DNA of 29,926 nucleotides from Ignisphaera sp. Its GTDB lineage: Archaea > Thermoproteota > Thermoprotei_A > Sulfolobales > Ignisphaeraceae. A model generated the notes under the pieces. It saw only the letters and a program-made list of their open reading frames with translations, was not told the DNA's origin and did not search any database. The DNA lies in assembly GCA_038821645.1 (NCBI GenBank), contig JAWBDT010000008.1, forward strand, positions 29,256 to 59,181. Reading direction: 5' to 3'. Each line of letters begins with the position of its first letter. The first letter of the stretch is position 1. The position numbers were made by a program, and so were the translations under genes. Shown piece by piece: positions 8,682 through 17,578 of this stretch.

Positions 8682-9479
8682 ATGAAGATAGTAAGTCTTT
8701 CACCAGCTGTATCTGAAACACTTTCAATTCTTGGGCTAGAGGATAATATCGTGGGTATCACGCCTTGGTGTAGAATGTATCTTAAAGACAAGGACAAGCC
8801 TATCGTAGGAACATATCTTGATGTAGATATAGAGTTGCTTAAGAAGATTAATCCCGATATAGTGTTCCTTCAATCACATGTACATGATGAGATATTCCAT
8901 AAGCTGAGAAACAGAAACATCAATACACATCTACTACCTCTACCAACAAATCTCTTAGACATTATCTCTAATGTAGAGTTTATTGCGAGTCTAACCAATA
9001 GGTATTGGGAAGGAAAAGAACTTGCAGATAAACTAATAGAGATGGTAATGAGTATCAGGAAAAGGAGTATTGATGAAAGACCTAGAGTGTATATAGAGTT
9101 CCTATGGCCAGATAAAACTTTTACTACCTCTGGATGTCTTACATATATTGATGATGGTGTAAGAATTGCTGGAGGTATGAATATATTCTTTAACAAGGTA
9201 GCCAAATTCTTTCATCCAAAAGATGAAGAAATTGTTTCTCTAGATCCACAAATAGTTCTAGTGAATATAGAGCCTGAGTTCAGGGATATGAATCTTGATA
9301 AATATATAAGTATTAGAAAACCTTTAAAAAATACTTCAGCATTTAGAACAAACAATATCTTTCTCATTATCGAATCTCTAGAGCATAATCTTGCTCATCC
9401 AGGCCCCTCATTCATAATCAATACTCTTCCAAAGATATTACAAATAATATCATCCTATAGATCTAGAATAGATATATAG
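8682..9479 (+). CDS. BtuF/TroA-like (cobalamin or Fe-complex) substrate-binding protein, no signal peptide
   Basis: MKIVSLSPAVSE.L..LG, VG..LD.DIE.L....PDIV, AGG.NIF, LAHPGP. GAGGTG SD. Confidence 0.85.
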   Translation: MKIVSLSPAVSETLSILGLEDNIVGITPWCRMYLKDKDKPIVGTYLDVDIELLKKINPDIVFLQSHVHDEIFHKLRNRNINTHLLPLPTNLLDIISNVEFIASLTNRYWEGKELADKLIEMVMSIRKRSIDERPRVYIEFLWPDKTFTTSGCLTYIDDGVRIAGGMNIFFNKVAKFFHPKDEEIVSLDPQIVLVNIEPEFRDMNLDKYISIRKPLKNTSAFRTNNIFLIIESLEHNLAHPGPSFIINTLPKILQIISSYRSRIDI

Positions 9480-9505
9480 AGATTTATATCGATATCTAGA
9501 TCTAT
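9457..9505. terminator. Extended imperfect hairpin over the stop codon, between convergent genes
   Basis: ATAGATCTAGA (9457-9467) pairs with TCTAGATCTAT (9495-9505), with an inner GATATA/TATATC stem and a short T run after it. Confidence 0.4.
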
Positions 9506-9527
9506 TTTGATTCTGAAGTTCTACTCT

Positions 9528-10326
9528 TTATCTAACTGCTACTATACCGTGTATCACTAGGCTCACTAAAATCCATACCGAGATACCTAGAATCCCTAAA
9601 CCGAGCAAGAGCTCTCTATCATGTTGAAGATATTTGAAGTTACTATTGGCCATAAAGCATTTACAGCTCCATGCATAACTAAAGCAAGTATAACACTATT
9701 GGTTTTAGAGGTGATTAATTGTAGTAATAGTTCCAGCCTAAGAGAATTGTTGCTGATGCATGCCACAATCCCCATAGGGTGCCTATGACTATAGTGTTCA
9801 CTAGATTAGGTCTAGATCCTAGTAAAGTATAGAGGTATCCTCTCCAACCAATTTCTTCACCTAAAGCAACCAACATATTCACAGTTATGGCTATAGGGTA
9901 TGCAACAATTATACTGAGATAAGCATTAAGTAGAGCTAGCATAGTAACCTGTTCTTCAACTAGAGATGGAGCTACACTATGGATCTGATTAGCTATAGAA
10001 GCTACATATTCATCGAAATTGAATAATCCCAGAGGTAAGGCAATAGCTATATACAGTAGAAGAGCTCCATAGATTATAAGCGGTGCTAGAAGATAGTGTT
10101 TGACTACATTCTTAGAAAACGATAGATAGTGTTTGAGACTTTCAACAATATTCATCTTAAATACATAGAAGCATAATAACGATGATAAAGCTATACTCCA
10201 CATCCTAACAAATCCCCATAAAGAGATAGAGATGCTAAATCTTATAGCTAAATAATCTAGAACATATGTAGCGGTATAGGATACTAAAACGAATACTACA
10301 ATCCTTGAGGCTAGGACCTTATCCAC
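9528..10326 (-). pseudogene. CPBP (CAAX/Abi) intramembrane metalloprotease, fragmented
   Basis: The main ORF has GEEIGWRGY and WGLWH, then stops at 9715. Motif 4 (SVILALVMHGAVNA) continues in a second frame, and the last helix (RELLLGLGILGISVWILVSLVIHGIVAVR*) is in a further shifted frame ending at 9528. Confidence 0.8.
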
Positions 10327-10868
10327 GACTCACACCATACAACTTTCTAATTAAGCTATGTATACAACATTCTATAGGACATAAGGACATATTATGTGTA
10401 ACGATAGATATAGTCGATATGTTTCAAAAAGCTAGAGATATCTATTTACAGTTACATGATCATATTAACGGCTATGATCTTATATTAACTAGAATTGAAT
10501 AAAACAATAGACTAAATAATAAATATGTTTCACATCTCTATCAATATCTCTGCCTTAGATCTAGAGCGTTTTCTAGAACTATATATAATTACTAATAATC
10601 ACTAAATGTTTCTGTAAATCGATACCTATGCCATATAATTGCTCTAGCCATAGAGACCATACATACTATTTACTGGAATCTTGATATAGTTGTTCTCTCT
10701 ATTTGTTAATGAACTTGCTTGAAAATCTATAGATGTTTTCTTTTCGCTATTCTTTGAGATAATCAGCTATATACTCTTTTAAATATTTCTAATTAGCTAA
10801 AGGTGATTTATTTAGTTTAGCAGTATTTGGATATAGCTATGTAATAGTGATTTGAGGGTTGTAGATCT

Positions 10869-11462
10869 ATGGCTGATGTTTTGACGCATTATGTTGTGAG
10901 TTTTCTACTTCTTAGAAGAATATTCAATCTAAAGACTTCTCTGTTAATAGCTTTAGTAGCTTTGTTACCAGATATAGATGTTGTTTTCAGAGTCCATAGA
11001 TGGTTTACACATAGTATTGTAGTGCTTGGTATAGCAGTATCTTGTTTAACTCTTTTGCTTGTCTTGTCTAAGAGATACCGTAAGTACATTCTGCATCTAG
11101 GTGTTGCTACACTAGTTTATTTACTGCATATAGCTATAGATTTGTTTACAGCTCCCACACCAGTTCTATGGCCTTTGGTTTCTGAATCCTGTCATCTAAA
11201 GATGCTGATACAAGGTTCTATAGCTAGAGATGAAGCTATTACTATCTACACAATAACAAAGATAAGTATATCCTCATCCGATTTCATGCCTAGAGAGAAA
11301 GTTGAAGGTCCTCTAGCAACAGATCTAGGCATAATCCTAGCTCTAGCTACACTAACTCTAGAGCTATCAGATTTTATGGCTAAGATGATTAAAAATAGAT
11401 CTAGAGGATTCAGATACAGCAGAATCTCTGATTCAAATAATACGAACAACTCGAAATCGTGA
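10869..11462 (+). CDS. Membrane-bound metal-dependent hydrolase (YdjM/DUF457-like)
   Basis: TH near the N-terminus, LPDID, HRWFTHS, LHIAID, P..WP, several hydrophobic segments. Confidence 0.85.
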   Translation: MADVLTHYVVSFLLLRRIFNLKTSLLIALVALLPDIDVVFRVHRWFTHSIVVLGIAVSCLTLLLVLSKRYRKYILHLGVATLVYLLHIAIDLFTAPTPVLWPLVSESCHLKMLIQGSIARDEAITIYTITKISISSSDFMPREKVEGPLATDLGIILALATLTLELSDFMAKMIKNRSRGFRYSRISDSNNTNNSKS

Positions 11463-11887
11463 GAAGGTATTCCAGATACATCAAGATCAATGAACATAGT
11501 AGAAGCACTAAGTACAGCTATTACCATTAAGCTCCCACAAACTTCTTGATTTAACTATTTCCCTAAAGTATACTGATATATAGACTTTATTCTCGATGAT
11601 CTTTACAGCTATCTCGTAGTACTCCAACCCTACATAAAATCATAAAATCCAAAACAGTAGTGCTAGGCTATGATACAACCAGTATTACTTAAAGCAGAAG
11701 TATTTTGTAAGACAGTAGTTAAAAATATTGATAGCATAGAATTATGTTAGATACTTCTTTGATAATACATCGTAAGTAGCTATAAGATTGATGTCTACCT
11801 CTAGCAATGGTCTAGAAGCATATAAAGAATACCTATGGTGTTCAAGATTTCTAGAGCATATAAAGATCGATCTTTTGGACACTAGTG

Positions 11888-11934
11888 TTTATATTTGTGT
11901 ACCGCTTCTAGTTGTCCGTATCTAGAGGCGGTGT
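11888..11934 (+). promoter_or_regulatory. TATA box plus 11-bp inverted repeat covering the SD of the ATPase gene
   Basis: TTTATATT at 11888-11895. ACCGCTTCTAG (11901-11911) and CTAGAGGCGGT (11922-11932) differ by one mismatch that is G-U compatible. Confidence 0.5.
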
Positions 11935-11940
11935 CTCTAG

Positions 11941-13362
11941 ATGAGGTACGCATTTGTAAATAGATTACGTGAGCTTCAGATTATTGAGAAGGCTGTTTCT
12001 GGTGATGGTCTTAAACTTATAGCTGTATACGGTAGGAGGAGGATTGGTAAAACACATCTCCTTAGATACTTCTGTAGTAATAGGAATTGTTTCTATTTTG
12101 TTGCTATTGAAGCATCTAAACATATTCTCTATAGAGAGCTAGCTAAAGCTCTATCTATATGGATCGGTAAACCAGTTGGTATTTTCGATAATATAGACGA
12201 TTTCCTTGACTTCATGGTAAAAGAGGTTGGTAAAGGATTTATTATAGTTTTCGACGAATTTCAGTACATAGTTGATTCTGATCCTGAATCTATTTCAAGA
12301 CTACAGAGATTCTGTGACAATAATAAGGATCTAGATATAGCTATAGTTTTGTGCGGATCTTCTGTATCGTTTTTTGAAAAGAAATTACTTGGCTATAGCT
12401 CTCCTCTCTTTGGTAGAAGAACTGTTTCTCTAAAGCTCAAGCCCATGGGTTTTATAGATGCATGGAACTTCTATCCAAACTATAACCCTCTAGAATCAAT
12501 CTATATATATAGTGCTTTTGGTGGTACACCTGCATATCTAGCTCTAATTGATGAATCTAGAGATGTTTTCAGCAATATCTCTGAAAAAATTCTCTATAGA
12601 GGTTCATATTTATTTGATGAAGCTCTAAACTTCTTTAGACAAGAAGTTAGAGAACCTTCAACATATATAGCCATACTTTCTGCTATAGCTAATGGATACA
12701 CAAAACCTGGTGAAATAGCTAGTGTAGCTGGTGTTACATCAAAATCTATCTCTAGATATCTAGATGTTTTAGAGCATCTAGATATAGTTGAAAGAATAAA
12801 GCCTTTAGGTAGAAGAGGTGGAGAAGTACATATAGAGATAGTGGATCCATACTTCAGCTTTTGGTTCAGATATGTTAGACCGAATATGACTAGACTAGAG
12901 CTAGGCTATGTAGATGAGGTTCTTGAAGATGTAAAGAGTACATACGATATATATGTATCTAAAGTGATCGAAAGTGTGTTTAGGAGAGAGATAGTCTATG
13001 TATTCCTTAAAGAACTAGATATAGATGTAGGTGAAGTAGGTAGATGGTGGTACAAAAGCGAAGAAATAGATACTGTTGCTAGAGGGAGAGATACATCGGT
13101 ATTTATAGAGATTAAGTGGAGTAGAATAGATTTTAGAGAAGCCCTATCTATAGCTAGAGATCTTGAATCAAAAGCTAGTTTAACAGGACTACAGAAACCA
13201 AGAAACATATACATAGTTATAGCTAGAGAGATAGAGAAATGCAGACCTATGTGTAGAGAACATCACTATATAGCTATAGATATGCTGGACATGCTATACA
13301 TCATCAGGAAGAAGCTACTGAAACCCAATAAATACATTAACACACAACAAAATAGAGTATAG
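11941..13362 (+). CDS. Archaeal ATPase with HTH and C-terminal DUF234/PD-(D/E)XK-like domain
   Basis: FVNR..EL, Walker A GRRRIGKT, Walker B FDEFQ, CGS, SPLFGR, GGTPAYL, DPYFSFWF, GRWW..EEIDTV..FIEIKW. Confidence 0.92.
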   Translation: MRYAFVNRLRELQIIEKAVSGDGLKLIAVYGRRRIGKTHLLRYFCSNRNCFYFVAIEASKHILYRELAKALSIWIGKPVGIFDNIDDFLDFMVKEVGKGFIIVFDEFQYIVDSDPESISRLQRFCDNNKDLDIAIVLCGSSVSFFEKKLLGYSSPLFGRRTVSLKLKPMGFIDAWNFYPNYNPLESIYIYSAFGGTPAYLALIDESRDVFSNISEKILYRGSYLFDEALNFFRQEVREPSTYIAILSAIANGYTKPGEIASVAGVTSKSISRYLDVLEHLDIVERIKPLGRRGGEVHIEIVDPYFSFWFRYVRPNMTRLELGYVDEVLEDVKSTYDIYVSKVIESVFRREIVYVFLKELDIDVGEVGRWWYKSEEIDTVARGRDTSVFIEIKWSRIDFREALSIARDLESKASLTGLQKPRNIYIVIAREIEKCRPMCREHHYIAIDMLDMLYIIRKKLLKPNKYINTQQNRV

Positions 13363-13382
13363 ACATACGGATTGGATCAAGA

Positions 13383-13400
13383 TCTATAGAGCTCTATAGA
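13383..13400. repeat. Perfect 18-bp palindrome TCTATAGAGCTCTATAGA
   Basis: Identical to its own reverse complement. Lies between the ATPase and CDF genes. Confidence 0.75.
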
Positions 13401-13500
13401 CACGTTAAAGTTTGTAAATGTTTCTCTAGTTATAGTTTTGAAGCATCTAAATTCTTGGATAGTTAAAGATCCTCCAGAAAATACTAGATACGAGATAATA

Positions 13501-14382
13501 ATGCTCCGCTTGATTAATACTACCACTAGGAGAAAGATTGGATATATAGAAGGTAGTGTATCTATAGCCGTGAACATAGTTTTGTTCGTGATCAAGTATA
13601 TCTATGGAACGCTATACAATTCTATAGCTGTTGTAGCTGATGCTCTCCACACACTATCAGATTCATTAACATCTGCGATAGTTATTCTAGGTTTCTGGAT
13701 AAGCTATAGACCTGCTGATGAAGAGCATCCATTTGGTCATGGAAGAGCTGAAACAGTAGCAACAATAGTTATAGGCGTTATGCTTGTTATGGTTGGGATA
13801 GAGTTTCTCCAGAAAAGCATAGACAAGATCCTATCGAGAGAAGGATTCTTATTCAACTGGGTCCTAGTACTAGTACTTGCTATCTCGACATTAATTAAAG
13901 AAGTTCTAGCTAGATGGTCTGAGAGCCTAGGATCAAGATATAACTCAACTACTCTAGTTGCTGATGCATGGCATCATAGAAGCGATGCTATAGCTACAGC
14001 TATTCTAGCTATAGCTATAACCTTTGGAAAAGATTTTTGGTGGCTTGATGGAGCTCTAGGTCTAGCTGTGTCAGCTCTACTCATCTATGTATCTACAAAA
14101 CTTGTTTTAGAGAACAGTAGCGAGCTTTTAGGAAAAGGAGTTACAAAACATGAAGAAGAAATCATTAAGAACATTGTTTACAGATTATCGAATGAAATAA
14201 AAGATGTTCATCATATACATATCCACAGATACGGAAATCATGTAGAAGTAACGCTACACATAAAGCTAAATCCAGAAACACCTCTAAAGAAAGCACATGA
14301 GATTGCTAGCGAAATAGAGAAATCTATTAGAAATGAACTAGGTTGGGAAGCAACAGTACACGTAGAACCCATATCTACATAA
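13501..14382 (+). CDS. Cation diffusion facilitator (FieF-like) transporter
   Basis: SIAVVADALHTLSD, PADEEHPFGHGRAE, ADAWHHRSD, C-terminal dimerization domain (AHEIA..IE, VHVEP). Start is uncertain: ATG 13501 versus the track TTG 13438. Confidence 0.92.
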   Translation: MLRLINTTTRRKIGYIEGSVSIAVNIVLFVIKYIYGTLYNSIAVVADALHTLSDSLTSAIVILGFWISYRPADEEHPFGHGRAETVATIVIGVMLVMVGIEFLQKSIDKILSREGFLFNWVLVLVLAISTLIKEVLARWSESLGSRYNSTTLVADAWHHRSDAIATAILAIAITFGKDFWWLDGALGLAVSALLIYVSTKLVLENSSELLGKGVTKHEEEIIKNIVYRLSNEIKDVHHIHIHRYGNHVEVTLHIKLNPETPLKKAHEIASEIEKSIRNELGWEATVHVEPIST

Positions 14383-14469
14383 ATAAATCAATCGATAAAG
14401 CATCAGTAGAAGAAATATTGTCAAAGCTATTGGATGCCGAAATACACAATAGACAGAATGTCTATAGGT

Positions 14470-15036
14470 TTATCGAAATGAGATTGTTTGTAGAGATGAA
14501 ATAATGTATATCACTCCATCTACAGCTTCTATCATCTCTATACAGAACTTCTTCCTATAGCACAAAGCCACTAGTGCTGATATAAGTGCATCTCTTAGAT
14601 CTTTGTGCTTCAATCTATCAATATACCTACCCATAGATACATTAAGTTTTCTACATACTTCATCAACAGTACTGAGACCAGAATTCTTTAAAGCACTTCT
14701 AGGATGTGTTTCTATAACTGTTACACCAATACTGCTTAAGAATTGATAGAGTCTCCAAGCTCTAACAGTCAGTATCTTCATATGTCTAAATGTAGGTGGC
14801 ATAACTCTAAACCCTCTCCTAATAGCTTCTCTATCAACTTCTCTAAACCTAGGAACCTTGGCTATAGGTGCATCAATAGCTAGAACATCTATAGAGAATC
14901 TACTGGTATTTTCAATAATTTCGCTATCTCTATAGATACAGGCTAGCTCTTCAACACTACCGCTATCTTCATCTATAACAGCAAAACCGCTACATCTATA
15001 CTCATAAGCAGCTAGATCAAGTCCTCCTACAACCAT
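14470..15036 (-). CDS. DUF429 family protein (predicted RNase H-fold nuclease)
   Basis: GLDLA, LAIDAP, FR.VDRE, VIETHP, DALISA. Confidence 0.8.
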   Translation of the reverse strand: MVVGGLDLAAYEYRCSGFAVIDEDSGSVEELACIYRDSEIIENTSRFSIDVLAIDAPIAKVPRFREVDREAIRRGFRVMPPTFRHMKILTVRAWRLYQFLSSIGVTVIETHPRSALKNSGLSTVDEVCRKLNVSMGRYIDRLKHKDLRDALISALVALCYRKKFCIEMIEAVDGVIYIISSLQTISFR

Positions 15037-15266
15037 AATCTGTACCTAATCAAAATAAAATCTCTTCTAATACAATAACTTTGGTATAGGTTTTAAACAA
15101 TCTTGAGATAACTACTACAGCTACATTGCTTCAGTTAGAGTTAAGGAGTAGATATATAGTATACAAAATACAGTAAAATGTAGTAGTTATGGATAAAGAT
15201 TTCGACAAGATTACTATAGAATGTCTAGAATACCTGCCTCTCTAAGGACGCTGATACTTTATCTGG

Positions 15267-17258
15267 TTACTGTCTGGATTTAGTTCTTGTGATAAGTAGT
15301 GTTAAAACAGATTTGCCATAGAATAGAGCTTCTATTTCTTTATCATTAAAGTTCTTTAGAGATGCATTTCCACCTATTTTTTCAACATGTTTTAATCCAT
15401 ATGTAGATAGTATTGATGTTTCGATATCTCTATAGCTATGGTTTATAGCTACGAGGATATCTCTATCGACATCTGTTAAGCTAGTACTGAATATCTGTAT
15501 CTCTATTCTTGGGTCTCTAGCTGTATATAGTCTAGATATGTTAGCCTCAAGACCTAGAGATTCATAGAATCTGTGTATATTTGAAGCCCAGTTGATTTCC
15601 TCGCTATTGGCTAGTAGAGCCTCTATAGGTATAAGCGATAGATATGCTCTTCCTCTACCTCTCCTAGCCTCAAACACTATAGGTTCTCCATAATGATCAT
15701 AAGCTATAACTTCTGCATCTATAGGTCTAGCCTTGAATACATATATAGGTGTAGATACCTCTAGAGACAGCTTATCTCCTTTCTTTATAGATCCAAAGTC
15801 TTTCACAAACTCTAGAACCAGTATATTATGTATCTTTCTCCCAATAGATCCTGCTTCAAGCATATTCTCGACACCGAATAACTCTTGCCATAAATGTGTA
15901 GGAGAATCATGTAGAGCCATAATGTAGCTCAAGCCTCTCACAAATGATGCATATAGATGTCCACCTCTCTCGACATAGCTATACAGTTTTCTCCATGTGG
16001 ATGCAAGTGCCGCTATAGTTGATGGTAATAGTAGTAGCTTCGCCTTCTCTAGAACACTATCTACATCAAGTTCGTATACAATACTCGTAGATAATCCTGA
16101 AGCTGTAAGCATTACGTAGGCTGAAACAAGTGGTTTAACTATGTTGAAGAACCCAAGAGCATCTCTATACCATATAAACTCGTAGTCTCTCCATAGGTAG
16201 AAGGGAGCTACTAGATACACATCTACAGTCCTCCTAAATACCGAATTAATGCCAAGAGATTCAAGTTTCTCAACCTCTTCTGCAAATCTCTTAAACATTT
16301 CAGCAGCTTTCTTTTCAGATCCATCACTTTTTACAAGCCCAAAACCAAGTTCAAGAGGTCTCCATTCATATGGAGGATCTGTCTCGTTAACGAAATCCGA
16401 GAAGCACCATACAAATGCTCCAGAAGCTCCATGGATAAGCGATGTATAGAGTATCTCGTATATGAATTTAGCTTGTGTATCTTCTGAAAACTGATGTGTG
16501 CTAAAACCAAATTCTTCAAGTATTACTGGATGTGTTGAACCATTTGAGAAAAGCTCTATTAATGCTGCATAGAGATGGCTATGCCTAATAGGGTCATTAT
16601 CGTAGAGATAGAGGTGAGGACCAACATAGTCCACCAGTTTCTTCACATTGTGTGTTTCCTGCATATAGCTATCAGGAACATCTCCTGAAGATAGTACATG
16701 ATCTTTATCTATATTCTTTATGGTGTATGAAAAAGCTCTAAGTGTTGCTAATGCTTCTTCTCTATTCCTAGTTTTATTGACAAGACTAAGCTCGTTACTT
16801 AGTATCCATCCAGCTACAGCTTTATGATCTTTAATCTTCATCACAACAGCTTCTATAAACCTTATTGTCTTCTCAATGGATCTAGATGTATAGAGATCCT
16901 CGAAAGATGTCCACGGAATTCTCCAATTCTTACCACTCATATGACCAACAATAAATGTTACAAATGCTTGAATACCGTTTTCCTCAAGTATATCGAGAAA
17001 TCTATTGAGTTTCTCGAGAGAAGAACCAACAAGATTGCCATCTTCATCAGCAAAATCTTCATCTTTTAGGAATATTCTAACAACTCTTACACCAAGTCTC
17101 TTCATAATATTTACATCTTCTTTTACAGCATCTTCATCCCAATCTCTCCACATCCTTATATTGAGTTTCCTAGGCCAGTAATTAACTCCTAGCAGAAATC
17201 TAAACCCATTATCTGTACATATGTATGAACCACATCTATATGTTCTCAAAATCTTCAC
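15267..17258 (-). CDS. Clan GH-A glycoside hydrolase (GH5-like, putative beta-mannosidase/mannanase), cytoplasmic
   Basis: LGVNYWPR, VGHMSG.NW, ILSNE (acid/base), PHLY, ILEEFG (nucleophile), WCFSDF, plus a C-terminal region resembling the GH42 trimerisation domain. No signal peptide. The true start may be TTG at 17249 after GGTGA. Confidence 0.88.
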   Translation of the reverse strand: MKILRTYRCGSYICTDNGFRFLLGVNYWPRKLNIRMWRDWDEDAVKEDVNIMKRLGVRVVRIFLKDEDFADEDGNLVGSSLEKLNRFLDILEENGIQAFVTFIVGHMSGKNWRIPWTSFEDLYTSRSIEKTIRFIEAVVMKIKDHKAVAGWILSNELSLVNKTRNREEALATLRAFSYTIKNIDKDHVLSSGDVPDSYMQETHNVKKLVDYVGPHLYLYDNDPIRHSHLYAALIELFSNGSTHPVILEEFGFSTHQFSEDTQAKFIYEILYTSLIHGASGAFVWCFSDFVNETDPPYEWRPLELGFGLVKSDGSEKKAAEMFKRFAEEVEKLESLGINSVFRRTVDVYLVAPFYLWRDYEFIWYRDALGFFNIVKPLVSAYVMLTASGLSTSIVYELDVDSVLEKAKLLLLPSTIAALASTWRKLYSYVERGGHLYASFVRGLSYIMALHDSPTHLWQELFGVENMLEAGSIGRKIHNILVLEFVKDFGSIKKGDKLSLEVSTPIYVFKARPIDAEVIAYDHYGEPIVFEARRGRGRAYLSLIPIEALLANSEEINWASNIHRFYESLGLEANISRLYTARDPRIEIQIFSTSLTDVDRDILVAINHSYRDIETSILSTYGLKHVEKIGGNASLKNFNDKEIEALFYGKSVLTLLITRTKSRQ

Positions 17259-17578
17259 CTAATCCATAGACTTAGAGACAAGCTACACATATATATATAT
17301 TGATGGTTTGAATGATGGTTCGAAAATTATAGAGAACATTACTGGATAGCAACATCATTAAATCTACTGAGCTATAGAACTTGTTCCTAAAAATATGGAT
17401 CAATTGAGATTAGTTATCACAAATTTACAGAACATCATCTTTAAAATATTCGGGTACGTTATTGTGGTTATAAATACGGAATGATAACATCCAACTATCT
17501 TAGTTTTTATGTAGACCACCTTACATAACTATTTAGGTTGATTCTTGAAGCCCTTGATAAAGTACTGGGCATATCATT

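Noticed and set aside
11246-11527. 93-aa minus-strand ORF
   Set aside because: Mostly antisense to the YdjM-like gene, with no family motif.
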